This document shows, piece after piece, positions 37,082-47,208 of a DNA stretch of 55,607 nt. Numbering within the stretch: the stretch's first letter is position 1; every line of letters begins with the position of its first letter. Origin of the DNA: a virus (lineage: Duplodnaviria > Caudoviricetes); the IMG/VR virus record IMGVR_UViG_3300030098_002332, positions 1 through 55,607 of that record; one strand, 5' to 3'. Both the position numbers and the translations under genes were made by a program. The notes under the pieces are model-generated. The model saw nothing but the letters and a program-made list of their open reading frames with translations, was not told the DNA's origin and searched no databases.

Positions 37082-37875
37082 TGTTAGGATTAGGACTAAG
37101 TAGAACTAAAAGCAGCCTTGTACCGGCACTTCCAGCATTTACAAATGCAGATCCACAAAATGACAGAGGGTTTGTTTTTGATGGTAATGGAGATTTTTTA
37201 CAGGTTAATGATCATGATGATTTTTCATTTAATAATGCTGGCGCAGGTAACAATCCTTTTAGTATAGCTTTTTGGATAAAAAGAGATGGTACAGGGGCAA
37301 ACGAAGCTCTTTTTTCTAAAGCAGCGACTAATAATTATGAGTACAGAGTATTTTTTCTAAATGATGATATTTATTTTGATGTTTATGATACTACTACTTC
37401 TAAATACACTCGTAAATACAAAGGCGGTATTGGAAATACTACTAACTGGCAACATTGGGTTTTTGTTTATGATGGAGGTTTAACTGGTCCAATTTTAACA
37501 ATATATGTAAATGGTAGTGATATAGGGTCTTTAAGTAGTGGTTCTAGTGGTGGAGGTGGAGATATGGAAAACTTAGGGGCCGCTTTTAAACTAGGAGCAA
37601 TGGATGCAGCGTCTTATGATTATGATGGAAAAATGATGCAGGTTATATTATGGGATGCAGAATTAACAGCAGACGAAGCTGCATATATTTATGCATCAGG
37701 AAATGCTGCTAGGAACCCACTAGTTGAAAGTACAACTTATAGTAAACATAATAATGTAGTAGCATGGTGGCCTTTAGATGATGCTAACGGTCACGAAGAT
37801 CATGGAGGTAGAGGACATGATTTTACAAAAAATGGAAATGCAGATTTAGATACTGGCGCTGATGCTCCGTGGTAA
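37081..37875 (+). CDS. LamG/concanavalin A-like lectin-domain protein
   Basis: FDGNGD, FSIAFWIK, WQHWVFVYD, IYVNG, VILWDAELT, VAWWPLD. Confidence 0.8.
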   Translation: MLGLGLSRTKSSLVPALPAFTNADPQNDRGFVFDGNGDFLQVNDHDDFSFNNAGAGNNPFSIAFWIKRDGTGANEALFSKAATNNYEYRVFFLNDDIYFDVYDTTTSKYTRKYKGGIGNTTNWQHWVFVYDGGLTGPILTIYVNGSDIGSLSSGSSGGGGDMENLGAAFKLGAMDAASYDYDGKMMQVILWDAELTADEAAYIYASGNAARNPLVESTTYSKHNNVVAWWPLDDANGHEDHGGRGHDFTKNGNADLDTGADAPW

Positions 37876-37885
37876 TTTAATTAAT

Positions 37886-38992
37886 ATGAAAAAATTAAGT
37901 ACAATATTTTTAATTTTTATAGCATTTAGTTTAAATGCTCAAACTTTTGAAGTTAAAGGGTATGAGTATAATATAAATAATATGTTAAAAGATCAATTAA
38001 AATTTGCTACAATATACGGGGCTGTAAATGGAGGTACATCTATTTCTGATGTAAAACAATTTTCTGTGTTAGATGGACTACAAACTTCAATAGTAGAAAC
38101 TCCCTATGACTATTCTCTTACAATAGGTATACGTAAGATAGCTAGGTTTGGTTATGAGAATAGAGCTAATACTTTTTATGACGGTACTGAGTCTAATTAT
38201 AGTGATGCTGCTACAGTTGGTAAAGTGCAAGGATTTGAATATTTATTTGAAATAGACTATGCTAGACAACAAGGTTTAGATTACATAGACCAGCATCATT
38301 TTATAAGATATAGCTCTGATGATGATTGTGATGGCCCGTTGTGTGTAAACCATTTTGCAGCAAAAGTAGAATACCTTAAAGATGGTTTTGCAGATGTAGA
38401 GTACTTTGAATTATCAGAAAGGTATAGGTTTAAGAAAAATAAAGACTTAGCTTTTAGTATAGGTGCAGCTCACAGATTGGCTCAACCTTATGGTTACGAC
38501 CCTTTATCAGAATGGATGCTATCAAATGGTAATTTACATTATACTTATTTAGCAATACAAGAAGGATACACTATAGATGTTGCAAATAGTGAATATAAAG
38601 ACCCTAGTGGTAATATAGTTGCTAATAGTTCTGATGTTTGGAAAGAGGTTGTAATACCACAAGTATTAGCAGACTATACAAAGAAAAAGAAAGATGAGTT
38701 GGAAAGAATAATACAGCATTCTGTTGTATTAGGATTTGACTACTACACTTATAATAAAAATACATGGCTACACGCATGGGGTAATTTATTACCTTGGCAC
38801 TATAATGATGGTAGTGAATTTTCGTATCATAACTTTATAGAAGATAATCAATGGTATGACTATTCTGCAGGTGTTATTTACGGTATTAAAGTAAATAAAC
38901 AATTAGGATATTTTGCAGAAGGTAAATACAATAAATATTGGAATAGAGAATGGTATGATTTTAAATTTGGAATTAATTATATAATAAGATGA
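37886..38992 (+). CDS. Signal-peptide protein, putative outer-membrane beta-barrel
   Basis: MKKLSTIFLIFIAFSLNA/Q; aromatic amphipathic strands; C-terminal FKFGINYIIR. Start moved from the track's 37862. Confidence 0.6.
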   Translation: MKKLSTIFLIFIAFSLNAQTFEVKGYEYNINNMLKDQLKFATIYGAVNGGTSISDVKQFSVLDGLQTSIVETPYDYSLTIGIRKIARFGYENRANTFYDGTESNYSDAATVGKVQGFEYLFEIDYARQQGLDYIDQHHFIRYSSDDDCDGPLCVNHFAAKVEYLKDGFADVEYFELSERYRFKKNKDLAFSIGAAHRLAQPYGYDPLSEWMLSNGNLHYTYLAIQEGYTIDVANSEYKDPSGNIVANSSDVWKEVVIPQVLADYTKKKKDELERIIQHSVVLGFDYYTYNKNTWLHAWGNLLPWHYNDGSEFSYHNFIEDNQWYDYSAGVIYGIKVNKQLGYFAEGKYNKYWNREWYDFKFGINYIIR

Positions 38993-39111
38993 AAACTATG
39001 AAAGAAAAATTTTGTAAATGGATTCAAGCTATAACGTTTGGATTAGTGTGTTTTAATTTATGTACAAAACCTGAAGTATGTGACGCAGGTGATAATTGTT
39101 GTAAAAAATAA
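38989..39111 (+). CDS. Small Cys-rich peptide (40 aa, not in ORF track)
   Basis: MKTMKEKFCKWIQAITFGLVCFNLCTKPEVCDAGDNCCKK; ATGA-coupled. Confidence 0.5.
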   Translation: MKTMKEKFCKWIQAITFGLVCFNLCTKPEVCDAGDNCCKK

Positions 39112-39115
39112 TACC

Positions 39116-39397
39116 ATGGCAAAAGAACTAAACGAAGATACAGCGTTTAAGCTAAGTATTAAAACAATGATGGGTCTAGGTTTTGCAATAGTAACTTTAG
39201 CTGGTATGTGGTTTACACTTCAAGCAGATATTGCTGAAGCTAAAGAATTACCTGCTCCACCAGATCCTGAAGTTACACGTATGGAATTTGATATGAAAGA
39301 TCAAATGATACGTCAAACTATATTGGACACACAAGAAGATGTAACTGAAATAAAAGCTACTCTTGAGAAAATTGAAGATAAATTATATAACAGGTAA
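39116..39397 (+). CDS. Single-TM plus coiled-coil membrane protein
   Basis: MAKELNEDT; TM MMGLGFAIVTLAGMWFTL; coiled-coil tail. Confidence 0.6.
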   Translation: MAKELNEDTAFKLSIKTMMGLGFAIVTLAGMWFTLQADIAEAKELPAPPDPEVTRMEFDMKDQMIRQTILDTQEDVTEIKATLEKIEDKLYNR

Positions 39398-39398
39398 A

Positions 39399-39755
39399 AT
39401 GAAAAGTCCAGTATGGAAAATTATGGTAACGTACTTACTTGTGCTATTCTTATTATCTGTCTCGTCAGATGCCTTTTCACAGATTACGATAAAGAGCTTT
39501 AATGCTGGGTGGAATAAGTCTAACGCTGTAGAGTGGTTAAATAAATTAAAAGATGTTAAAACTATTAGTTACATAGATGTTGCTAAAGATGTTAAGGCAC
39601 AAAAGAAATATAAGATAGCAGCTGTGCCTACAATAATAATATTTAAAGATGGTGAAGAAGTTGCAAGATTTCAAGCTGATCTTAGTTTTACAATGGTAGC
39701 TACAAAAGAAGAAGTACAAGAAGAAATAGATAATCAATTAATGAGTGATTTTTAA
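39399..39755 (+). CDS. Exported thioredoxin-fold protein lacking CxxC
   Basis: Signal peptide (SDAFS/Q); FNAGWNKSN at the WCxxC position; YKIAAVPTIIIFKDGEEVARF. Confidence 0.7.
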   Translation: MKSPVWKIMVTYLLVLFLLSVSSDAFSQITIKSFNAGWNKSNAVEWLNKLKDVKTISYIDVAKDVKAQKKYKIAAVPTIIIFKDGEEVARFQADLSFTMVATKEEVQEEIDNQLMSDF

Positions 39756-39756
39756 A

Positions 39757-41964
39757 ATGAAAAAAATATTATTACTACTATTATTACCAATAATAACTTT
39801 TGCACAAAAAGAAGTTGTTATACATATTAAAACAGATACATATCCAGGAGAAACTAAATGGACGTTGTATAAAGATGTTTATCAAGGTGATACTATAGAT
39901 TATGTAGAGTATAATTATTATTCTACACCAAACTATATGCATCGAGATACTTTGTATATATCTGATAGTATAACAGATATTTCTTTTGTAATATATGATT
40001 CTTATGGTGACGGTATAACTAATGGAGAATATTATGTAACTATCTGTGGTGATACAGTAGTTAATTATCCTGTAAGTACATTTACTACAGGGCTAATACA
40101 TACTAGGGTTGTACCACAATGTATGCCTCAACCTCCACCAATTCAGTTAGTTCCTGCTAAAGTTATAATAAACTTAGATCAATATCAAAGTGAAACTAGT
40201 TGGGATATTAAAGATACAAATGGAATAATATATGCTTCTGGAGGTAATTATAATACACAGCCTGACTACGCTACAGTAGTTATACCTGTGCAAATACCTA
40301 AAGGAGATTTAGTTTTTACTATATATGATACGTATGGTGATGGTTTAAATGGAAGCCTATGGCAAGGACAAGATGGTTCGTATTTTATAAAACAATGTAA
40401 TGATACATTAGTATATGGGACTGATCCAGCTTTTGGAAATGATACATCACATGTATTTGTTTCTGATTCATGTCCTCCTATATTAGGGTGTACAGATGAT
40501 GATTATGTAGAATGGAATCCGTTTGCTACAGTAGATGATGGAAGCTGTCAAACGTTAAAAATATTTGGATGTGTAGATAGTACTATGTACAACTATGATC
40601 CTAATGCAAACACAATGGAGCTTATAGATACTTGTGAGTATACGTTAATACTACATGATCTTATGGGTAATGGTTGGGTTGGTTCTCATTTAAAATTAAT
40701 ACATCCTGATACATCGTATCAATTTACACATACAGGCGGTTTTAATGATGAATACCAAGTAGGGCTTACAGCACCAGATCCAGTCACCTTTAGATTTCAT
40801 ATATCGTCACAGGCTAGTTTAACAACAATAGAATGTGGGTTTACATTTATAAATCCAGAAGGAGATACTTTAATAAGTATTATGCCTCCATTTATACAAC
40901 CTTTATTACCATATAATATAATAACTAATTGTGGTAATACTTGTGAAGAAAAAGTATATGGTTGTTTAGATTCATTGGCAATTAATTATGACGACGAAGC
41001 AAATACAGAAGATAGCAGCTGTTACTATACACCTGGATGTATGAATTCTTCTTATTTGGAATATTATACACAGGGTTATACGGCAGACTATGACGATGGG
41101 ACTTGCCAAACAGTAGCCGTGTGGGGCTGTATTGATTCTACAGCCTTCAACTATGACTCATTAGCAAACATAGACAATGGAGGATGTATACCTGTAGTGT
41201 TAGGATGTATGCAACCTTTAGCTTTTAATTATGATCCATTGGCAAACACCCCTGATACATGTATACCATATATTTATGGGTGTGTAGATCCAACGATGTT
41301 TAATTATGACTCTACAGCTAATGTGGATGACGGCTCTTGTATACCATTTGTATATGGATGTACAGACTCTACAATGTTTAATTTTAATCCTTTAGCAAAT
41401 GCAGAATATAATCCTAGTAATTGTGTGCCTTATATTTATGGTTGTACCGATCCTTCTATGCTTAACTATAACCCGCAAGCAAACACAGAAAACTTTACTT
41501 GCATTCCTTATGTTTATGGTTGTATGGATAGTACTGCTCTTAACTATGATTCACTGGCTAATACTGACAATGGTTCGTGTGTGGCTGTGGTTGAAGGTTG
41601 TATGGACAATGGTGCCTACAACTATAATATACTTGCTAATGTTAATGATAGCAGTTCTTGCTTATATGACGCTGGTTGTGTCACTGGGGCGGGTATACCT
41701 TATTGGCTAAACGATCCTTGTTATGCCTGGGTAATTGAGGTAGATGAGTACTGTTGTAATAACGAGTGGGATAGTGTGTGTGTATTAACATATGAACATT
41801 GTCAAAATAATTGGGTGGGACCTATACCTAAAAGAGTAACAACTAAAAAATTAATAGGTATTACAGATCTTTTAGGAAGACCTGTAAATAATATAAACAA
41901 TAAACTTCTATTATATATATATGATGATGGAAGTGTAAATAGAAAAATAATAATAAATAAATAA
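39757..41964 (+). CDS. Secreted Cys/Asp-repeat protein with T9SS-type C-terminal sorting domain
   Basis: MKKILLLLLLPIITFA/Q; duplicated ETxW..YDxYGDG domains; about 11 GCxDxxxxNY repeats; C-terminal LIGITDLLGRPV...LYIYDDGSVNRKIIINK. Confidence 0.75.
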   Translation: MKKILLLLLLPIITFAQKEVVIHIKTDTYPGETKWTLYKDVYQGDTIDYVEYNYYSTPNYMHRDTLYISDSITDISFVIYDSYGDGITNGEYYVTICGDTVVNYPVSTFTTGLIHTRVVPQCMPQPPPIQLVPAKVIINLDQYQSETSWDIKDTNGIIYASGGNYNTQPDYATVVIPVQIPKGDLVFTIYDTYGDGLNGSLWQGQDGSYFIKQCNDTLVYGTDPAFGNDTSHVFVSDSCPPILGCTDDDYVEWNPFATVDDGSCQTLKIFGCVDSTMYNYDPNANTMELIDTCEYTLILHDLMGNGWVGSHLKLIHPDTSYQFTHTGGFNDEYQVGLTAPDPVTFRFHISSQASLTTIECGFTFINPEGDTLISIMPPFIQPLLPYNIITNCGNTCEEKVYGCLDSLAINYDDEANTEDSSCYYTPGCMNSSYLEYYTQGYTADYDDGTCQTVAVWGCIDSTAFNYDSLANIDNGGCIPVVLGCMQPLAFNYDPLANTPDTCIPYIYGCVDPTMFNYDSTANVDDGSCIPFVYGCTDSTMFNFNPLANAEYNPSNCVPYIYGCTDPSMLNYNPQANTENFTCIPYVYGCMDSTALNYDSLANTDNGSCVAVVEGCMDNGAYNYNILANVNDSSSCLYDAGCVTGAGIPYWLNDPCYAWVIEVDEYCCNNEWDSVCVLTYEHCQNNWVGPIPKRVTTKKLIGITDLLGRPVNNINNKLLLYIYDDGSVNRKIIINK

Positions 41965-41972
41965 ATAATAAT

Positions 41973-42341
41973 ATGGCAACATTAATCGCAAAATTAACAC
42001 TAACAAGTAATAACGCTACAAGCGATGCTTTAAACTTAACAGTAACAGATACTTTAACAACTGCTAACCCAACACAGGGATTAACAAGAGTTAGTATTGC
42101 TTCTGGAGACTCTCTATCAATTATAGCTGCGTCTGGTACAGGCTCTGTATATTTATATGCAAAAAATACTAATACTGCTGGTTCTGGAAAATTAATTTTA
42201 GCAAATGCAGCGGGGCAGGGTTTTGGAGTATTAAATAATGAGGAGTATGCATTTTTCCCAATTGATAAAGCTAAAGGATTTAACTTTGAAGCAAATACAG
42301 CAGATGTAGTAGTTGAGTATGGATATTTTACTAAAGGGTAA
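41973..42341 (+). CDS. Small beta-rich structural protein
   Basis: Thr/Ala-rich; VYLYAKN, EYAFFP. Confidence 0.55.
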   Translation: MATLIAKLTLTSNNATSDALNLTVTDTLTTANPTQGLTRVSIASGDSLSIIAASGTGSVYLYAKNTNTAGSGKLILANAAGQGFGVLNNEEYAFFPIDKAKGFNFEANTADVVVEYGYFTKG

Positions 42342-42345
42342 ATAG

Positions 42346-42834
42346 ATGGAAAGAATAAGTAAACATATAAGCTGGAAAGAGGGTACTTATAGCAGGACAG
42401 GCGAAAGGCTGGATTTAGACAACACTCCTAACGAGGATCAAATAAAATGTATGAAAGAAGTTGCAGAAAACTTGTTTGAACCATTAAGAGAATGGGTTGG
42501 AGGTCCTATAAAAATTAATAGTTTTTTTAGAGGAAAACCTGTCAATACAGCTATTGGGGGATCTAAAACCTCACAACATATGAAAGGTCAAGCTATAGAT
42601 ATAGATGATACTTTTGGACATAAAACAAATGCAGAGATGTATCATTATATAAAAGATAATTTAGACTTTGATCAAATGGTGTGGGAGTTTGGTGGTGAAT
42701 ATCCTGACGGTAATCCTAACTGGGTTCATATTAGTTGGGTGTCACACAGACCTAATAGAAAGCAAGAAGTTATTGCTATTAAGAAAAACGGTAAAACTAA
42801 ATATATAAAAGATATTGAAAATTATATAAAGTGA
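42346..42834 (+). CDS. Peptidase M15-family endolysin
   Basis: INSFFR, SQHMKGQAIDID, WVHIS. Confidence 0.85.
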   Translation: MERISKHISWKEGTYSRTGERLDLDNTPNEDQIKCMKEVAENLFEPLREWVGGPIKINSFFRGKPVNTAIGGSKTSQHMKGQAIDIDDTFGHKTNAEMYHYIKDNLDFDQMVWEFGGEYPDGNPNWVHISWVSHRPNRKQEVIAIKKNGKTKYIKDIENYIK

Positions 42835-43808
42835 AAAGGATCGGCCAACATATAGTAGATTTTATATCTAGATTTCGTAGTGATGTTTACCTAGATGATA
42901 TAAGCACTGGGACTATTGCTAGTGGTGGTAATTTAGGTTTAGACTCGAATAATAAGATAGTAAAAAATACTGTAGGTGGAGGAGGTACAACAGATTTAAC
43001 TAGTGATGTTAGTGGTGTACTACCTGTAGCAAATGGTGGTACTGGACAAAACGCTTTAAGTAATGTGTCTATAAGTTCTTTTAATAATGATTCTGGTTTT
43101 ACTGCTAACATAGGAGATGTAACAGCTGTTAAGCTTGTTACAGATTCTGGTAATGCTGATTGTATAGGTTCTTCTGGTAATTTAACTTTTAATATTTTAG
43201 GTGGTGAAGGTGTAGATGTTACTAATTCTGGAACAACTATAACTGTGGCTGGGGAGGAAGCGTCTACTTCTAATAAAGGTGTAGCTAGTTTTAATACAGA
43301 AGATTTTTCTGTAAGCTCAGGGGCTGTTAGTTTAGCGCAACAAAAAAGAATGAGGTTTGTATCAGCTAATATGAAAGGACCGCACGGAACTAGTGAAACT
43401 TTTATACCTTTGTCTGGTGTTCCAGATGAGAAAACAGGATTTACTAATGAGCAGGTTGTATTACTTATGCCAACTGGAGGACATGTTAGAGAGATTATGA
43501 TAAGAGCACATTACGGAACATACACTTCTGAAAATATAACAATAAAAGTTTATACAAGACCTGGTAATAAAAAAATGAATGGTAGTGGTCAAGTTGGTAG
43601 TGACATAACTGTTGCGGCTCCAACTCAAAATGGAACAGATGATAACAACACTAGAAAAACTGGAGATTTAGGAACATCATATCCATTTAATCAAAATGAT
43701 TCTTTGGGTATTAGTTTTACCTGGGCTAGCACTGGACCTACAGCTAATAGTGATAAAACTTACATAACTGTAGTTTTAGAAGAGGACTTAACAGATTTAG
43801 GATACTAA
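42831..43808 (+). CDS. Tail fibre-like protein
   Basis: DLTSDVSGVLPVANGGTG, FNNDSGF, KGVASF. Confidence 0.6.
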   Translation: MKRIGQHIVDFISRFRSDVYLDDISTGTIASGGNLGLDSNNKIVKNTVGGGGTTDLTSDVSGVLPVANGGTGQNALSNVSISSFNNDSGFTANIGDVTAVKLVTDSGNADCIGSSGNLTFNILGGEGVDVTNSGTTITVAGEEASTSNKGVASFNTEDFSVSSGAVSLAQQKRMRFVSANMKGPHGTSETFIPLSGVPDEKTGFTNEQVVLLMPTGGHVREIMIRAHYGTYTSENITIKVYTRPGNKKMNGSGQVGSDITVAAPTQNGTDDNNTRKTGDLGTSYPFNQNDSLGISFTWASTGPTANSDKTYITVVLEEDLTDLGY

Positions 43809-43809
43809 T

Positions 43810-44313
43810 ATGGAAGGAGTTGAAATATATAAAAGTATAAGTGGTAATACAGCTACAAGGCTAGATTTAATGACTACTAAGGAGTATAACTACAATAGAA
43901 TATCTATTTGTAATACACATGCAACTGATGACGTGAGTGTAGATTTATATTTATCATATGTTACTAACGAGCGTGGAGAGTATAAAATAGCTGTAGAAAA
44001 TGACTATAGTGATTTAGAACAATTTACTGAGGATTACTATATTTTAAAAAATTGTTTAGTACCTTATGGTAGCACAGTAATTTTAAACGAAGAAGATTTT
44101 TATATAAACAATTTAAAATATAGATTATATATAAAATTAAGTGGAGCTAGTAGCTCTGTAGATATAATGATTTTTGATTTACAAAAAAGTATGTCTATTA
44201 AAAGAAATGGTGATAGATACAAAGAAGATGTTGCACATAAAAAATTAAACAGGAGGCTTGGCGGTAGGACAAATCCAGTTACTGGTGGTTCTATGGGGTC
44301 AGGCAGTTATTAA
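43810..44313 (+). CDS. Structural protein (beta-sandwich-like)
   Basis: ISICNTHATDDVSVDLYL...YYILKN. Confidence 0.5.
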   Translation: MEGVEIYKSISGNTATRLDLMTTKEYNYNRISICNTHATDDVSVDLYLSYVTNERGEYKIAVENDYSDLEQFTEDYYILKNCLVPYGSTVILNEEDFYINNLKYRLYIKLSGASSSVDIMIFDLQKSMSIKRNGDRYKEDVAHKKLNRRLGGRTNPVTGGSMGSGSY

Positions 44314-44327
44314 TAAAAACAAAAATT

Positions 44328-44714
44328 ATGTTAGATAAAATATTTGCCGGAGGGGCAGCAGAATTAGTAAAAGGTGTAGGTGGTGTTATAGATAATTTAC
44401 ATACATCTAAAGAAGAAAAGCTTGAGGCTGAAAAACAAATAAAAGATATGATAATGGGTTACGAGGCAGAAATGCAAAAACAAGTAACTGAAAGATGGGG
44501 TATGGATATGAAATCTGATTCATGGCTCAGTAAAAACATAAGACCTTTAGTACTTATATTTTTAGTAGTAGCAACAGTATTATTAATATTTATTGATGCT
44601 GGTGTTATTGCTTTTGAAGTAAAAAATACTTGGGTTGATTTATTACAACTAGTATTGATAACAGTGATTGGAGCTTACTTTGGCGGTAGATCACTAGAAA
44701 AAGTAAAAAAATAA
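44328..44714 (+). CDS. Holin (3TM/GTA-holin-like)
   Basis: DNLHTSKEEK, SDSWLSKNIRPL, TM helices, GAYFGGRSLEK. Confidence 0.8.
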   Translation: MLDKIFAGGAAELVKGVGGVIDNLHTSKEEKLEAEKQIKDMIMGYEAEMQKQVTERWGMDMKSDSWLSKNIRPLVLIFLVVATVLLIFIDAGVIAFEVKNTWVDLLQLVLITVIGAYFGGRSLEKVKK

Positions 44715-44715
44715 A

Positions 44716-45414
44716 ATGACATTAGACGAGATAGCATATAATCTTTTAAATCTTGTTAGGGGTGGTAGATCTAATAATGATGAACATATATCATTAGATC
44801 AAATTAAATTTAACATTATGCATTATAGAGCAATGTTTATTAGAAGAGACCACGCTAAAAATGGATTTACAAGTAGACACATAGAACAAGACTTAGGATG
44901 CGTTATGATAAAACCAGTTGACGCAAGTAAATGCTGTGACTTAAATACAGATTGTCCTGTATACAGAACAGTAAAACCTATACCTAAAACTATTAGATAT
45001 AACTTTGAAGAAGCTATCTCTCACGTTGGAGATATAACAGGATTTGGAACTATACCTATGGTAAATTCTAATACAATACGATGGTTACCTTATGATAAGT
45101 ATACAAAAGGTAAAATGAAAGCATACATGATAGCAAATTTTTTATACATATATAATGCACAAGGAATAGAAGCTATTAATGTTAGGGGTGTTTTTGAGGA
45201 CCCTAGAGAAGTGTCTGAGTTTGATCAGTGTGATGGCGGTGGTTGCTATGATGATAGTAAGCATCCTTATCCAATATCAGCAGACATGTTAAGTTTAATA
45301 AACTCTGGACTTGTGTCTGGAGAATTGCAATTATTGTCAGGATCATTTAGTGACACAGAGAATGATAGAATGCAAGATCAAAAAACAGTTAGGGGAGTAG
45401 CCCCAAAAAAATAA
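44716..45414 (+). CDS. Neck/ring structural protein
   Basis: TLDEIAYN, QDLGC, NVRGVFEDP, YPIS. Confidence 0.6.
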   Translation: MTLDEIAYNLLNLVRGGRSNNDEHISLDQIKFNIMHYRAMFIRRDHAKNGFTSRHIEQDLGCVMIKPVDASKCCDLNTDCPVYRTVKPIPKTIRYNFEEAISHVGDITGFGTIPMVNSNTIRWLPYDKYTKGKMKAYMIANFLYIYNAQGIEAINVRGVFEDPREVSEFDQCDGGGCYDDSKHPYPISADMLSLINSGLVSGELQLLSGSFSDTENDRMQDQKTVRGVAPKK

Positions 45415-45432
45415 TTTTAAAATAATATAACA

Positions 45433-46737
45433 ATGAAAAAAATGATGTATAAAAAAGCAGGTAAAAAGATGAAAAAAGGTGGCAAGTCATCTTTTGGTAT
45501 GCTAAGTGTAAAAGCAGGATATGATAATAATCCTAACCCTACTGCTGCCGATAGAATTGTTGGGGCTAAAAAGAATAAAATGAAAAAAGGAGGTAAGAAA
45601 AAAATGATGAGTTATGGTATGGGAGGTAAGAAAAAAATGGGCTACAATATGGGAGGTATGCAACAAACTACTCCTCCAGCAGCTTCTTTTATAGAACCAC
45701 CAATTGAACAACCTTTTATGCAACAACCTATGGCTCAACAAAACCCAGCAGAGTTTACAGCTAAAAAAGGAGGTAAAAGAAAGAAGTCAAAAAAAGGAAT
45801 GGGTGGTAAAAAAATGATGACGTATAAAAAAGGTGGAGTAAAGAAAGAAAATGGAGGAGAAGATGAAAACCTTTCTATGAGGGAGTTAAGAAAAAAACAA
45901 AGAGAAGAGAGAAGAGAGGCTCGTAGAAATAGACGTTCAGATAGAAAAGCAGATAGAGAAGCTGTTAGAACATTAAAAAGAACTTCTAGGCTAAAGAGAA
46001 GAGACAAGATAAATGATGCAGGAGAAGAAACAGGAATGACTAGATCTGAAAGAAGAATGGATAGAAGAGCTACAAGAAGAGCTTCTAGAACATTTAGAAA
46101 GCAAGAAAGACAAGCTAGAAGAACAGCAAGAAAAGATATGAGGGCTAAACAAAGATCTGAAAGATCAGATTTAAGAACTAGAAGAAAAGCAGCTCAAGAT
46201 AAATTAACTCAAGATAAATTAGACAAGTTAAATAAATCTGAAAGCTCTTCTGTTAAGCCGGCACCAGTTAAAAAAGATACTACACCTAAGACGAATACAG
46301 ATAATAAACCAAAAACTGAAGAGAAAAAAACAGAAACTAAAAAAGTTACTAATCATGGTGTAACTAATGACATGTCTTTTAGTAAAGCATTTAGAACAGC
46401 TCGTGATTCTCACGGAGGTAAGGGTGGTGTATTTACTTGGAAAGGTAAAAAATATCATACCGGACTAAAAGAAGAAATGAAGAAAAAACAAACGGAAGAG
46501 GAAAGAAAAAAAGAATTACAAGGAGATAAAGGAAAAGAAAAGAAAAAGGACGAAACTCCAATTAAACAAAAACAAAAGACAAGCACTACGCCAAAAACTA
46601 AAGAGCAACATGCAAATCAAGGAACAACATATAATAGGAAAAAAGCTCCTGTTGGTAATGAAGTTTTGATGAGTGGTCCTAAATATAAAAAAGGAGGTTA
46701 CAAAATGGGGTACAGAAGAAGAGGCGGTAGAAAATAA
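45433..46737 (+). CDS. Highly basic Lys/Arg-rich protein with many xxxGG motifs (putative DNA-binding core/cargo)
   Basis: MKKGG, YGMGG, YNMGG, YKKGG repeats; Arg-rich protamine-like helix; FSKAFRTAR..FTWKGKKYHT domain. Confidence 0.65.
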   Translation: MKKMMYKKAGKKMKKGGKSSFGMLSVKAGYDNNPNPTAADRIVGAKKNKMKKGGKKKMMSYGMGGKKKMGYNMGGMQQTTPPAASFIEPPIEQPFMQQPMAQQNPAEFTAKKGGKRKKSKKGMGGKKMMTYKKGGVKKENGGEDENLSMRELRKKQREERREARRNRRSDRKADREAVRTLKRTSRLKRRDKINDAGEETGMTRSERRMDRRATRRASRTFRKQERQARRTARKDMRAKQRSERSDLRTRRKAAQDKLTQDKLDKLNKSESSSVKPAPVKKDTTPKTNTDNKPKTEEKKTETKKVTNHGVTNDMSFSKAFRTARDSHGGKGGVFTWKGKKYHTGLKEEMKKKQTEEERKKELQGDKGKEKKKDETPIKQKQKTSTTPKTKEQHANQGTTYNRKKAPVGNEVLMSGPKYKKGGYKMGYRRRGGRK

Positions 46738-47207
46738 TGCACAATTTAAAAGAAATATATGAAGATTACTGTAAAGTAAACGGAGACATAGACAAGGAAC
46801 TATTTACTAATATATGTCACGAGTTTAACATTATGATAATGGATTATATTTTAGACGGTAAAGAGTTTAATATGGGAAATAATTTATCAACCTTATCTAT
46901 TACTAGGAGAGACAGAGACCCTAGATCTCCTAGAATAGATTGGGGTGAAAGTAATAAATATAAAAAAGAACTATTAGATGATGGTAAAGCTTTATATGAT
47001 CCTATAACAGAACTTGGAACTAAATGGCATATCTATCATACTGATGAGTTTTATTGTAGGTATTACTGGAGAAAAGGTAAGTGTAAAGTACCTAATAAAT
47101 CTGTATATAGATTTGATGCTACACGAGGTATAAAAGGAAACAAAGAAAAGTTAATTAATCTTTTAAAAGAAGATGACTTAGCTTATTTAAAATTTAAAAA
47201 ACAATAA
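46737..47207 (+). CDS. IHF-like protein of the crAss tail module
   Basis: ILDGKEFNMGNNLSTLSI, IDWGES, YRFDATR. Confidence 0.6.
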   Translation: MHNLKEIYEDYCKVNGDIDKELFTNICHEFNIMIMDYILDGKEFNMGNNLSTLSITRRDRDPRSPRIDWGESNKYKKELLDDGKALYDPITELGTKWHIYHTDEFYCRYYWRKGKCKVPNKSVYRFDATRGIKGNKEKLINLLKEDDLAYLKFKKQ

Positions 47208-47208
47208 C

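Noticed and set aside
40480-41670. DNA tandem repeats as CRISPR or DGR template/variable repeats
   Set aside because: Repeats are in-frame protein repeats varying at all bases rather than adenines only; no reverse transcriptase in the window.
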